From Myxococcota bacterium (GTDB taxonomy: Bacteria > Myxococcota_A > Polyangia > Polyangiales > Sandaracinaceae): DNA of 64,000 bases. The notes below the pieces were generated by a model. It saw nothing but the letters and a program-made list of their open reading frames with translations. It did not search any database and had not been told where the DNA came from. Positions 23,452-33,243 of this stretch are shown piece by piece. Location: the NCBI GenBank assembly GCA_036149055.1, contig JAYZQJ010000007.1, positions 1-64,000 of the forward strand. Reading direction: 5' to 3'. Position 1 is the stretch's first letter. Every line of letters starts with the position of its first letter. A program made the position numbers and the translations under genes.

Positions 23452-23724
23452 TCAGCGGCAGAAGAGCACCACGCCGGCATGCCCGCCTCCGCCCGACACG
23501 ACCGTGTAGCCGGCGGGGACGGTGAAGCTGCGGGCTGGGGTAGGCGGTGCGACGACTCCATCGTTGTCGATGTCGACGGCCTCCTGCGCGCCGAAGAAGC
23601 AGAAAGTGTAGCCGCGGCGCGGCTGCGCGCTGACGGGAGGGGCGCCGAACAGGTAGGCGCCGAGCGCGACGCTCGCGAGGGTGAGCGCGCTCCCACAGAG
23701 GGCGCCGATCCAGGTGCTCTTCAT
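23452..23724 (-). CDS. Small secreted hypothetical protein
   Basis: AAGGAG SD; signal-like N-terminus; ends VPAGYTVVSGGGGHAGVVLFCR. Confidence 0.65.
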   Translation of the reverse strand: MKSTWIGALCGSALTLASVALGAYLFGAPPVSAQPRRGYTFCFFGAQEAVDIDNDGVVAPPTPARSFTVPAGYTVVSGGGGHAGVVLFCR

Positions 23725-23773
23725 CGGAATCTCCTTTGCGCGGAGAGTCGCACGGCTGGTCCCTCGGGCCAAC

Positions 23774-24664
23774 TCACGCGTCGTGGTCCAGTCGGGCCGC
23801 GAAGTCGAGGAAGGCGCGGACCTTGGCCGAGAGGTGGCGGCGGGCGGGGTAGACGGCGTAGACGGTCGCCGGCTCGGCGGTCCACGGGGCGAGGCAGGGG
23901 ACGAGATCGCCGCGCGCGAGATCGTCGGCGACTACGAACTCGGCCACGAGGGTGAGGCCCACGCCGGCGAGCAGGGCGCCGCGCATCGCGAGGCTGCTGT
24001 CGACGTCGAGCGGTCCGTCCACCTCCACCGTCTCGCGCCGGCCGTCCGGGTGCGCGAAGGTCCACGCCTCGGCGTCGCGGACGCGCGTGTAGCGGAGGCA
24101 CGGGTGGTCGGCGAGCTCCGCCGGCGAGGTCGGCGCGCGGCGCGCGAGGTAGTCGGGCGAGGCCACCAGCATCCGCGGCGAGACGGTGAGGCGGCGCGCG
24201 ATCAGGCTCGAGTCGGGCAGCGCGACGGCCACCCGGATGGCGACGTCGATCCGCTCCTCCACCACGTCGACGAAGCGGTCGGTGAGCACGAGCTCGACCT
24301 TCACCTCGGGGTTCGCCACGAGGAACGAGGGGAGGGCGGGCGAGAGCCGGGCCAGCCCGTAGGACACCGGCGCCGTGACCCGCAGCGCGCCGCGCGGCGC
24401 GTCCTGTCCCTCCCGCAGCTCGCGCTCGAGCGCGTCGAGCTCGTCGAGCAGGGACGCCGCCCGCTCGAGGTACGCGCTCCCCTCCGGGGTGAGCCCGAGG
24501 CTGCGCGTGGTGCGGTGGAGGAGGCGGGTGTCGAGCGCTGCCTCGAGCGCGGCGACGTGCTTGCTCACCGCCGCCTTGGAGAGCCGCAGCTTGCGCGCCG
24601 CCCCCGCGAACGCCCCCTCTTCCACCACCGCCCGGAACACCCGCATCGACGTCAGTCGGTCCAT
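23774..24664 (-). CDS. LysR family transcriptional regulator (CrgA/DmlR-like)
   Basis: FAGAARKLRLSKAAVSKHVAALEAALDTRLLHRTTR; DVAIR; SAKVRAFLDF. Confidence 0.95.
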   Translation of the reverse strand: MDRLTSMRVFRAVVEEGAFAGAARKLRLSKAAVSKHVAALEAALDTRLLHRTTRSLGLTPEGSAYLERAASLLDELDALERELREGQDAPRGALRVTAPVSYGLARLSPALPSFLVANPEVKVELVLTDRFVDVVEERIDVAIRVAVALPDSSLIARRLTVSPRMLVASPDYLARRAPTSPAELADHPCLRYTRVRDAEAWTFAHPDGRRETVEVDGPLDVDSSLAMRGALLAGVGLTLVAEFVVADDLARGDLVPCLAPWTAEPATVYAVYPARRHLSAKVRAFLDFAARLDHDA

Positions 24665-24671
24665 GCCGATC

Positions 24672-24688
24672 GTTTACGCTCGGTGAAC
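24672..24688. promoter_or_regulatory. Putative LysR recognition box (T-N11-A dyad)
   Basis: gtttac-N5-gtgaac between the divergent lysR and nitroreductase genes. Confidence 0.5.
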
Positions 24689-24745
24689 GCTGCGGTCACG
24701 CTGAGACGTATTATCAACGCACCTTCGCCAAACCATGGTTGGGGC

Positions 24746-25330
24746 ATGACGAATCCACGCACCCCCGACCATCCCATCGACCCCATCTTCGTGCAGCGCT
24801 GGTCGCCCCGCGCCTTCGAGCCGGCCGCGATGCCGGAGCGCGACCTGCTGCGGGCGCTCGAGGCCGCGCGCTGGGCGCCCTCCGCCTACAACGTGCAGCC
24901 CTGGCGCTTCCTCTACGCGCTGCGCGGCGACGCTCACTGGGACGCGTGGCTGGAGCTCCTCGCGGCCGGCAACCGCGAGTGGGCGCGAAACGCCTCGGCC
25001 TTGGTGTTCGTCGTGTCGGACACGCTGCTCCGCTACCAGGGCGAGGAGACCCCGTCGCGCAGCCACAGCTTCGACACCGGCGCGGCGTGGGCGCAGCTCG
25101 CGTTGCAGGCCGCGAAGCTCGGCTATCACGCGCACGGCATCGGCGGCCTCGACTACGAGCGAGCGCGCGAGGTGCTCGGGGTGCCGGAGGGCTACGCGGT
25201 GGAGATGGCGGCGGCGATCGGGCGGCGGGCGAGCCCGGACACGCTCCCCGAGGCGCTCCGCGAGCGCGAGCACCCGAGCGCTCGGCGCCCGACCACCGAG
25301 AGCGCCTTCCGTGGAGGGTTCCCCCGATGA
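24746..25330 (+). CDS. Nitroreductase family protein
   Basis: QRWSPRAF, EAARWAPSAYNVQPWRF, FDTGAAW. Confidence 0.93.
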   Translation: MTNPRTPDHPIDPIFVQRWSPRAFEPAAMPERDLLRALEAARWAPSAYNVQPWRFLYALRGDAHWDAWLELLAAGNREWARNASALVFVVSDTLLRYQGEETPSRSHSFDTGAAWAQLALQAAKLGYHAHGIGGLDYERAREVLGVPEGYAVEMAAAIGRRASPDTLPEALREREHPSARRPTTESAFRGGFPR

Positions 25331-26160
25331 CGCCGGAGGAGCTCGACGCCTACCTCGAGCGAGTCGGCCACCGCGGCTGGCGCGCGCCGACGAAGGCCAC
25401 GCTCGACGCGCTGATGCTCGCCCACACCACGGCCATCCCGTTCGAGAACCTCGACGTGCTCGCGGGCCGACCCATCTCGCTCGCGCCCGAGGCGGTGTTC
25501 GACAAGCTCGTGCGTCGGCGCCGCGGCGGCTACTGCTTCGAGCAGAACGGCCTGTTCGCCCGCGTGCTCGAGGCCCTCGGCTACCGCGTCCGCCCCCTCG
25601 CCGCGCGCGCCAGGGTCGGGAGAGCGCGGAGCGAGCTCCCGCCGCGCACCCATCTCTGCCTCGAGGTCACGATCGGCGACCGCCGGCATCTGGTGGACGT
25701 CGGCGTCGGTGGGCTCTCGCTCACCGCCGCGCTCTCCTTCGACGACGGCGCGGTGCAGCAGACGCCGCACGAGCCGCGGCGCCTCGTTCATGAGAGTGGG
25801 GGGTGGTGGCACCAGGCGTGGCTCGGCGATCGCTGGACCGACGTCGCGGAGCTGACCGGTGAGCCGATGCCGCCCATCGACCAGGAGATCGGCAGCTGGT
25901 GGACGAGCGCGCACCCGGGCTCGCCCTTCCGCGCCGAGCTCATGGTGGCTCGCGCGCTCGACCGCGGCGGTCGGCTCACCCTGCGCGGCGACGTGCTGAC
26001 GCTGCGGGCCGAGGGCTTCGTCGAGCGCGCCACCGTGCCCCACGAGGCCCTGCCCGCCGTGCTCGAGGCGCGCTTCGGCCTCGTTCAATCGAAGGTGCAC
26101 ACGAGGCGCGCGACCAGCGGCCGGCTGCGGGAGCCATCGGTGGTGCCGACCGCGACGTAG
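25327..26160 (+). CDS. Arylamine N-acetyltransferase
   Basis: IPFENLD, RRGGYCFEQN (catalytic Cys), THL, VDVG. Confidence 0.92.
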   Translation: MTPEELDAYLERVGHRGWRAPTKATLDALMLAHTTAIPFENLDVLAGRPISLAPEAVFDKLVRRRRGGYCFEQNGLFARVLEALGYRVRPLAARARVGRARSELPPRTHLCLEVTIGDRRHLVDVGVGGLSLTAALSFDDGAVQQTPHEPRRLVHESGGWWHQAWLGDRWTDVAELTGEPMPPIDQEIGSWWTSAHPGSPFRAELMVARALDRGGRLTLRGDVLTLRAEGFVERATVPHEALPAVLEARFGLVQSKVHTRRATSGRLREPSVVPTAT

Positions 26161-27260
26161 AGCGCGCCGGGCGTCTCGAGCACGCTGCCGCTCGGGCCGA
26201 CGGCGCGACCGACCTCGGGGCGGATCTCGATCCGCCCGTGCTCGGCGTCGAGCGAAGGCCCGAAGTCGTCCATGTGGAGCGCGCCGTCCGCCGTGTGCCC
26301 GACGAGCAGCCTCCCGGCGAGCGCGCCGACGAAGAAGGGCCGCGCGTCTCGCGGCGGGTAGACGAAGCGCTCGAGCAGCTCGAGGGAGTCCTCGTCGACG
26401 ACCTGGAGCACCAGCGCGTCGCCGTGGTGCACGACGACCAGCCGATCGCCGACGCGGGCCGGCACTGCCACCTCGTCGCCGTCTTCGCCCAGCATCCGCT
26501 CCGGCCCGAACGCGCCCGCCTCGTCGACCGCGCTGACGAAGGCTTCCCGCACCCCGCGCGTGGTCTCCCGCGGATACGTGAGGACGAACGAGCGGCCGTC
26601 CCGCCGCGCGATCGCGCCGTGCCCCGACCCGTAGCGGCCGGTCGTCACGGTGGTCGGCGAGTGCGCGAGCTCCCCCGAGGGCGTGACGCGCGCGACCACG
26701 AGCGCGTTGTCCTCTCGCATGTCGAACGTCAGCCAGAAGAGTGAGCCCCGCGCCGCGCGCAGCACGGAGGGGTGGCGCAGCGGCACCATCGCGCGCGGCC
26801 CTCGCGGTGCGCCGTCGGCGTCGACCGGCTGGAGCACGCTCGCTGCGTCTCCCGCCAGCCCCCACGCGACGAACAGCGCGCCATCGAGCGACACCGGCTC
26901 GGCCCAGGTGAACGAGTCGGTCGCCACCGTCCCGCCCGACACCGGGTTCAGCGCCGCGTCGAGCCGCTCGAAGCGCACCCGCGTCGGCGACCCATCGCGC
27001 GTCACGTGCACGACCCCCACGTGTCCGCCCGGCAGCGCCACCAGCCGCGGCGTCACGCTCGACTCGGCCTCGATCAGCCGCGTCTCCGCCAGCCGCACCC
27101 CCGTGCACCCCTCCACGCGCGCGTCCGGCGGCGGCCCCGCGTCGAGCCGAGCCCCGGAGTCCCGGCGCGCGCCCGCGTCGACCGGCGCTTCTCGGCCATG
27201 GGAGAGGTAGCACCCCGAGAGGAGCGTCGCGGCGAGGACGAAGCGAAGCATGCGGAGCAC
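26085..27260 (-). CDS. Hypothetical lipoprotein (probable beta-propeller)
   Basis: LSGC lipobox; DAG/DSG linker; beta-rich repeats. Confidence 0.7.
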   Translation of the reverse strand: MLRMLRFVLAATLLSGCYLSHGREAPVDAGARRDSGARLDAGPPPDARVEGCTGVRLAETRLIEAESSVTPRLVALPGGHVGVVHVTRDGSPTRVRFERLDAALNPVSGGTVATDSFTWAEPVSLDGALFVAWGLAGDAASVLQPVDADGAPRGPRAMVPLRHPSVLRAARGSLFWLTFDMREDNALVVARVTPSGELAHSPTTVTTGRYGSGHGAIARRDGRSFVLTYPRETTRGVREAFVSAVDEAGAFGPERMLGEDGDEVAVPARVGDRLVVVHHGDALVLQVVDEDSLELLERFVYPPRDARPFFVGALAGRLLVGHTADGALHMDDFGPSLDAEHGRIEIRPEVGRAVGPSGSVLETPGALYVAVGTTDGSRSRPLVARLVCTFD

Positions 27261-27278
27261 GGTAGCAGCGCGCGGGCT

Positions 27279-28124
27279 TCACGGAGCTACGCCGTACTCG
27301 TCGTCCCACCACTCCGAGGGAGTCGGCTGCGTCAGCTTCGTCAGCATCTGCTCGAGGCGGTGGGGGAGCACCGCGTCGATCGTGAGCTCGAGCACCTCGG
27401 AGGCCGCCGACGCGAAGGGCTCGTGCAGCTCGCGCCGTGCCGCTTCGAGCAGCCTCCGGAGGTTCGCGTCGCTCCATGCATCCCGTACCCAGGCGACGCG
27501 CGCCGCGTCCAGCGTGACCCCAGCCTCCATCCCGAAGCGGTCCCACATCGCTACCGAGCGCGGGTAGAGGTGACCGGCGGACGCGGGCGTGGCCACGGCA
27601 TGGATCGTCGCGACCGCCCAGCTCGACACCCCCCCGGCGTCGCAGCCGAGCACGAGCTCCGGGGCGACTCGCTCGGGCGAGAGCGCGACCAGCGTGTTCC
27701 GAGCGGTGACGTCACGCCACAGCTCGAGCCCCGACCGCGGATCTCGGACTCGACGACGGCGCGACATCGCCTCGCTCCACGCGGCGAGGAAGAGAGGGAC
27801 GGCGGAGGCGGCGACACCACCGCCGCTCAACGTGGCGAAGGCGTCGTCGACCGCCTCGTCGAGCGTCGTCGCCTCGTCGCCGGCTGCCCAGACCTCGCAG
27901 GTGCGGGTGAGAGCCAGGGCGACGAGGTCGTCTCCCATGACGCGGCCGCGGCGGGCGTCGCGCCAGAAGGAGTAGACCGCGCCGGCGTCGGGCCCGTCGA
28001 TGAGCGCGCGCGCTCCATCGTCTCCCAGCTCATCGCGCCCCTCGATGTCCGCCCACGGAGGGCGCGGATCGCGAGCCAGCGCTCGCAGGGCATCGATGCG
28101 CTCACCGCTCACGCCGACCATCAT
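27279..28124 (-). CDS. Hypothetical protein (orphan array)
   Basis: 281-aa ORF; start uncertain. Confidence 0.55.
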   Translation of the reverse strand: MMVGVSGERIDALRALARDPRPPWADIEGRDELGDDGARALIDGPDAGAVYSFWRDARRGRVMGDDLVALALTRTCEVWAAGDEATTLDEAVDDAFATLSGGGVAASAVPLFLAAWSEAMSRRRRVRDPRSGLELWRDVTARNTLVALSPERVAPELVLGCDAGGVSSWAVATIHAVATPASAGHLYPRSVAMWDRFGMEAGVTLDAARVAWVRDAWSDANLRRLLEAARRELHEPFASAASEVLELTIDAVLPHRLEQMLTKLTQPTPSEWWDDEYGVAP

Positions 28125-28163
28125 CGCGCTGATCGGGCGCGCCCGCGAGATCGCTGCCCGGCT

Positions 28164-28517
28164 TCATCGCAGCGCCACGGCCTCGAGCGAGTCGCCTTCG
28201 TCGAAGAAGAGCGAGGCGGCGCCCGGTCGGAGCACGAGGAGCCCGACCACGCGTTCGTGGCGGACCGGACCCTGTCCCCGCGCTGCGAGCCACGCCGCGG
28301 CCGCGTCCACCGTGAGCCCGCGGAGCTCGCGCGCGTCGACGGGCCAGTCGGGCTCCTGCAGCTCGACCTGCAAGTAGATCACGCGCTCGTCGAGCACTCC
28401 CACCTGGAGGTTGCCGAGCTTCCGCTCGCCCGGTCCCGTGCGGTTGGGAGTCCGCACCCATCGCTCGTCGTGATCACGAGGAAGAGAGAACGAGCTTCCC
28501 AGCGTCAGACCGAACAC
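28164..28517 (-). CDS. Hypothetical protein (orphan array)
   Basis: 117-aa beta-rich ORF; start uncertain. Confidence 0.45.
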   Translation of the reverse strand: MFGLTLGSSFSLPRDHDERWVRTPNRTGPGERKLGNLQVGVLDERVIYLQVELQEPDWPVDARELRGLTVDAAAAWLAARGQGPVRHERVVGLLVLRPGAASLFFDEGDSLEAVALR

Positions 28518-28628
28518 GGCCGCCGACTCGACGAGGGCTGCGATCGTGATCGCCGCCCGAGGATTCTCGGGACCGGAGCGTGTCAGGGCTCACCCGTCTC
28601 TCGGAAGTGGTGGAGCTGGCGTAGCTGA

Positions 28629-28907
28629 CTACCACGAGCGCCCGAGTAGAATCGTCCCACGCATCAAGCCGAGAGCCTCGCTTCGGGGGCGTAGCCGCAG
28701 GCCGGCGACCAACCCGGGCCCCACCTGGTCGAGCGGTCGACCGAAAAATTCGATCTCGGTCACGGTGAGCTCCGCGCCGTCGGGAGTCACCAGCCGCATT
28801 CCGCTCCGAACGGTGCCCGCCAGGACGCGGCCGGCGACCCAGTCGTCCGTCGGGCCAACGAGCCGCTCCACCTGAAAACGCGTCGTGCTCGATGCGTCTC
28901 GCGTCAT
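28629..28907 (-). CDS. Stand-alone EF-Tu domain-II-like beta-barrel protein
   Basis: VAGRVLAGTVRSG...VTEIEFFGRPLDQVGPGLVAGLRL parallels EF-Tu domain II VTGRVERG..KVG...[23 protein letters not shown]. Confidence 0.55.
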   Translation of the reverse strand: MTRDASSTTRFQVERLVGPTDDWVAGRVLAGTVRSGMRLVTPDGAELTVTEIEFFGRPLDQVGPGLVAGLRLRPRSEALGLMRGTILLGRSW

Positions 28908-29051
28908 GGCTGGAGGCTCGGACTCATGAGGTCGACCGGTCTCGAAGCAGAGCGGCGCGGTCTCGAGCCCCCGGGACGTTCGAGGCCCGTCTGGCGATGC
29001 TCTGTGCGGTGACGATGGACATGTGCGTGCTTCGAACGCCGGCCCGCCCTC

Positions 29052-29408
29052 TCACCCCTCGCTCGCCGGGCGGTGGAGCCATGCGAGCAACGAGGTCGTC
29101 TCGGGGTCCGTGAGAACATGGAACAGACCGGAGGAGGCGCGCCAGCCGTAGCGCGCTCCGGTGGACATCCCCTCGGTCTGCGCGCGGACGATCATGCGCC
29201 GGTAGCGCCGGATTCGCCCGGCGAGCGCGTCCCCCTTCGGCGCACCGACGAGCCGGCCGTCCCAGATGCGAACGAGGTCGTCGAGCGAAGCGAGGCCCAC
29301 ATCGAGGTCGTGGTAGTCGCCTCGCGCCAGCGACTCGTGGGCCCTCGCCAGATCGGGGTCCGAGTTCGTCGTCACGCCCACGGCAAGGAGCGCGACGAGC
29401 GAATCCAC
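29052..29408 (-). CDS. Hypothetical protein (orphan array)
   Basis: Plausible ~118-aa C-terminal part of the listed ORF, preceded by a GAGGGG SD. Confidence 0.45.
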   Translation of the reverse strand: MDSLVALLAVGVTTNSDPDLARAHESLARGDYHDLDVGLASLDDLVRIWDGRLVGAPKGDALAGRIRRYRRMIVRAQTEGMSTGARYGWRASSGLFHVLTDPETTSLLAWLHRPASEG

Positions 29409-29495
29409 GGACCTCACTTCCCCTCGCGCACGCGAAACGCGCAGCGCACCGGGCACGAGGGAGGATGGGTCACCGGCGCGCGTACACCGCCCAAC

Positions 29496-29702
29496 ATGGA
29501 CATCTTTCGGCCTCTCATGCTGACCCTCGCGGGCTCTTTCCTGGCGCTGTGGCCGCTCTTCGCCGAGTCGCGCTGGGAGTGGAACGGGATCCCGACGGAG
29601 ATCATGGGCTACCTCTTCGTCGCGGTCGGCTCGATCTGGCTGGTCGGGGCCGTCGTGGGTCGCCTGCGTGGGCGCGCGGCGACGTCGCCGCAGCAGCGCT
29701 GA
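29496..29702 (+). CDS. Small two-TM membrane protein
   Basis: MDIFRPLMLTLAGSFLALWPLF...IMGYLFVAVGSIWLVGAVVG. Confidence 0.6.
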   Translation: MDIFRPLMLTLAGSFLALWPLFAESRWEWNGIPTEIMGYLFVAVGSIWLVGAVVGRLRGRAATSPQQR

Positions 29703-29710
29703 TCCGCCGT

Positions 29711-31594
29711 TCATACGCCCCTTCGACCGGCGAAGGGCATCGCCTCAGCCGCTTTCAGGAGCTCGCGGAGCTCCTTCACCCGCTTCGAATGACCATCACC
29801 GCGGCGGCGGGGAGCCGCCTTCAATCGGGCGGTCAGCGCCTTTCTCTGGGCTGCGGTCAGTGGGACGCGTGAGCGGGCGATGGCCATGACTGCCGCCTGG
29901 GTGGGCGGAGGGAGCAGCTCGCGCCCCTCGCGCGAGGTGGGTCGATCGAGGTCGTGCTCGCTCAGGACGATCGCGTCGTCGACGCGACCCGCCCTGGCGA
30001 GCGCCTCGCAGACCGCGTGCAGAGATGTTGGGGACGGGTCCCCGAAGAGCGCACGAAGCTCGTCCAACGAGTTGTCGGTGAGCTGCCCTGCGGCGCCCCA
30101 GAGCGCCGGGCGAAGGTGTGGGGGCAGCAGCTCAGCGCACGCCCCCGGGTCGAGCTCGAACGTCGCGGGGAGGCTCTCGAAGAGGTCGTGCAGGCGCTCG
30201 TCGATCCTCGGGCGCGATGACCGCGCGAACGCTCGTAGGATCTGTTCGAGCCAGTCCCGGCGTCCGAAGCGACCGATCAGGACCGCGAGGCCACGGGACA
30301 GCGGGACGGGGCGTCGCCAGTCTCCATAGGAACGGGTCGCGTAGTCCTTGGTCAGGATCGCCTTGACGATCGCGTCCGCAACGCAGGCGTCGGTCACATC
30401 GGCGACCGCGTCCCAGGGCTCAGCGGGGCCGGTGATGCACCAGCGCTCCTCCTCCGTGTCGTTGGCCTCGACGTACGTGATCAGGAGGCGCTCCGCCTCG
30501 CTCCCCCCGGCGCGCTGCCACGCGGCGAGGCGCTCGGCATCGGTCGGCCCGTCTGGGTCGAGCCCGACGGCAAGCGCGTCCAGGTAGCGTTCGAGCGATC
30601 CACGCGCGTCAGCCATGACCGCGGTCGCGCGGCGAAGCCGCCGTGTCTGATCGGACTCGACGCGCCACGATGGAGGGGGCGCGGGGCGGGAGGGGGCGAT
30701 GGACTCGAGCGATGGTGGCGCCTTGCCCGCGTCGACGCGCGCTCGCGCAGCCCGGAGTGGAACGTCGACCTGCGCTGCGATGTCCGCGAAGACGATCGCG
30801 CCACGGAGCGCCTCCGCATGGTCGAGCCAGCCCGACTCCGCCGCGTGCTCGCACAGTCGCACCGCGGCATCCGCCAGCAACACGGCGAAGCCGGTCGGTC
30901 GGGTGCGATACTGCCCCTGCTGGCCGAGCGACGCCATGGCGGCGACGAGCGGGGCGGCCTGCTTCGGGCAGGCCTCAGCGCTCATCAGCTGCTCCACCAT
31001 CGCGGCGAGCGCGAACAACTCAGCTCCGCCTCGGTCGGGCCCCGACTCCACTCGCGGGGAGTGCATCACCGCCGCCAGGGCCTCGTCGACGCTGCCATCA
31101 CCAGCGAGCGCGAGCTCGAGCAGCGCCAGCCCACGGGCTCGCTTGTCGTAGGGCGCGATAGCCTCGCTCAGACGGCGGGCAGCAGCGACGTCGCCAACTG
31201 CGATCCTCGCCCGGATCACAGGCAGCAGCGCGGCGTGCCGGTAGACCGACGCCAAGGCCACCGCCAGCTCGGTCCGCCCTGCGCCTGCCACCGACATCAG
31301 CCACGCAGTGGCGAGCTCATCGTCGAGAACGCTCTCCGCGTCCACGTTCTCCAGGAGTCGCCCGAGGGCCTCGGCGCCGTCCGGGAACGCGCCGGGCTGC
31401 AGCACGCCGACCGCGACGAAGACCACCAGCTGGCGCCCCGCGTCGAGCGTGCTGTCGAGGTCGGCGTCTTGGAAGTCCCCGCCGTCGACAGCGACCCTGA
31501 GCGCGCCTCCCGCGCCGTCGCGCGAGTCCGTTCGCCCGAGCCGTTCCAGCGTCGCATCCCAGGCTTCGATGAAGGAGCTCACGCGGACCATCAT
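29711..31594 (-). CDS. Large Ala-rich helical-repeat hypothetical protein
   Basis: ~627-aa ORF with ARAGRVDDA-type helical repeats. Confidence 0.6.
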   Translation of the reverse strand: MMVRVSSFIEAWDATLERLGRTDSRDGAGGALRVAVDGGDFQDADLDSTLDAGRQLVVFVAVGVLQPGAFPDGAEALGRLLENVDAESVLDDELATAWLMSVAGAGRTELAVALASVYRHAALLPVIRARIAVGDVAAARRLSEAIAPYDKRARGLALLELALAGDGSVDEALAAVMHSPRVESGPDRGGAELFALAAMVEQLMSAEACPKQAAPLVAAMASLGQQGQYRTRPTGFAVLLADAAVRLCEHAAESGWLDHAEALRGAIVFADIAAQVDVPLRAARARVDAGKAPPSLESIAPSRPAPPPSWRVESDQTRRLRRATAVMADARGSLERYLDALAVGLDPDGPTDAERLAAWQRAGGSEAERLLITYVEANDTEEERWCITGPAEPWDAVADVTDACVADAIVKAILTKDYATRSYGDWRRPVPLSRGLAVLIGRFGRRDWLEQILRAFARSSRPRIDERLHDLFESLPATFELDPGACAELLPPHLRPALWGAAGQLTDNSLDELRALFGDPSPTSLHAVCEALARAGRVDDAIVLSEHDLDRPTSREGRELLPPPTQAAVMAIARSRVPLTAAQRKALTARLKAAPRRRGDGHSKRVKELRELLKAAEAMPFAGRRGV

Positions 31595-31674
31595 ACGCTG
31601 GGTCGAACGAGCGCGGTCGGGCGCGACGCGGGTGCGCACTGCTTCCGGAGCGACGCCGCCGACGAGAACGCCGC

Positions 31675-32073
31675 TCAGGCGCACTTGAAGAGCACCTGGG
31701 CCCGGACGACCCGGCCGTCGTCGTCGTCCAGGAAGATCTGGTCGAGGCCCACGACGTGGCGTCCGATGTATGACGCGACCTGCTGTAGGTACAGCTCGTC
31801 GTTGTAGTAGACGAGCAGGAAGTCGGCGCTCGACGACATCAGTCGTGTCTCCGCGTCCAGCAGCTCGTTGGTGGCGTAGTCCTCTGCCACCAGCGATGGC
31901 TCGCTGAAGTCGACGGCCTCGACGTAGGAGCGGAGTGGGGAGCACACCCGAATCAGGAACGGGCTCTCGGTGAAGCAAGCCACTCTGCCGCCGGGGTACT
32001 CCTCGAGGAGCCCCGGCAGCTGCCGGCGTAGCGGTGTCAGGTCGCCAGCGATGAGGACCACCGACTTGCTCAT
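31675..32073 (-). CDS. Hypothetical acidic protein (immunity-like)
   Basis: 132-aa ORF with atypical codon use. Confidence 0.6.
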   Translation of the reverse strand: MSKSVVLIAGDLTPLRRQLPGLLEEYPGGRVACFTESPFLIRVCSPLRSYVEAVDFSEPSLVAEDYATNELLDAETRLMSSSADFLLVYYNDELYLQQVASYIGRHVVGLDQIFLDDDDGRVVRAQVLFKCA

Positions 32074-32164
32074 CGGAGAATCGCCACCTTCGCTCCAGCT
32101 CGGAGCCGTCGGGACGACGCGCGGCGATCCAGGGCATCGTGCGTCACGACGCGCACACCCCCTC

Positions 32165-32737
32165 CTAGGACTCGTCCACGGCGTCAGCGTGTCCAGGCCA
32201 GAGCTCGGGGTCGCCTGCGCTCAGGTAGGGCGAGTCCGGTCCGCCTCCCGACGCGGGATCAGCCCACATCAGCCCTCCTCCGCCTGACGCCTCGACCACG
32301 CACTGGAGTCCTCCCTCGTGTCGACGAATGCCGAGCATGATCTCCTCCCCGTGATCGCCCTTCCCCAGCGTGAACGCCGAAGACCGAGACCTCGAACCGA
32401 TACAGACCGAGCGCGAGAGGAGCTCCTCTCGGGCGTACCTGAGGGCCTTCGATAGCAAGTCCGGCAGCTGCGATGAGCGCCCCAGGAGCCCCAGAGGCTC
32501 AGCCAGGACGACGCCCGCCTCCGGATCGCCCGACAACGCGTCCTGGATGAAGCGAAGACTCTCGGCTCTCGACGCCCTCACCTCCGAGCAACGCCACTCG
32601 TGCGCCATCAGCTCACCGAGCCACTCGAGGTGCGCATCCGTTGCCAGAGTGAGCCCCATGTCGAGGGCTCGTGCGTGGGCCTCGCGCCGTCGATGGTCGG
32701 CCAGCTTCCGGAGCCTCTCGGGAAGCTCACCGGTCAT
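32165..32737 (-). CDS. Hypothetical protein (immunity-like)
   Basis: MTGELPERLRKLADHRRREAHARAL... Confidence 0.5.
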   Translation of the reverse strand: MTGELPERLRKLADHRRREAHARALDMGLTLATDAHLEWLGELMAHEWRCSEVRASRAESLRFIQDALSGDPEAGVVLAEPLGLLGRSSQLPDLLSKALRYAREELLSRSVCIGSRSRSSAFTLGKGDHGEEIMLGIRRHEGGLQCVVEASGGGGLMWADPASGGGPDSPYLSAGDPELWPGHADAVDES

Positions 32738-32763
32738 CGTGTTTCGCAGAGGAGCGGCTGATG

Positions 32764-33222
32764 TCAGGGCCACGATTCGACTTCATGAAAGTCTCCGTAC
32801 ACGGGGTCGTTCTGTGCGTGGTCGAGGGTGACGCCCGAGCTCAGGTCTTCCGATACGGCCGAGAAGCCCTCGAACCCGCTCGACAGACAAGCGGACAGGA
32901 AGGCGTGCGACAGCGATCCAGCGAAGAAGCCGCTGCCGCCCGAGCCAGAGTAGAGCTCGACGAGCGCACACTCCAGCCTCGAAGCGAGCGCGAGGAACTC
33001 GCGCACCGCGCCATCGGCGGTGTCGTGCCGACTGACGCGGAGCTGGCCCCGCTCGCGGAACCACTTCGAGCGCGAGTAGAGACACGTCTGAAGGCGCAGC
33101 GAGCGCTCCGCGAGGACCGGGACCAGCGGCGGCTCTCCGAGCATCCGTCTCAACGCGTCGACCTCACGGCCGGCCTGCCGCTGCGCGCGTCGATGGTGGA
33201 GTATGCGCGCTCGCGTGGTCAT
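32764..33222 (-). CDS. Hypothetical protein (immunity-like)
   Basis: Basic N-terminal helix followed by alpha/beta body ending GVTLD...HEVESW. Confidence 0.55.
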   Translation of the reverse strand: MTTRARILHHRRAQRQAGREVDALRRMLGEPPLVPVLAERSLRLQTCLYSRSKWFRERGQLRVSRHDTADGAVREFLALASRLECALVELYSGSGGSGFFAGSLSHAFLSACLSSGFEGFSAVSEDLSSGVTLDHAQNDPVYGDFHEVESWP

Positions 33223-33243
33223 GGGGTTCTCGCTGCGGCGGCA

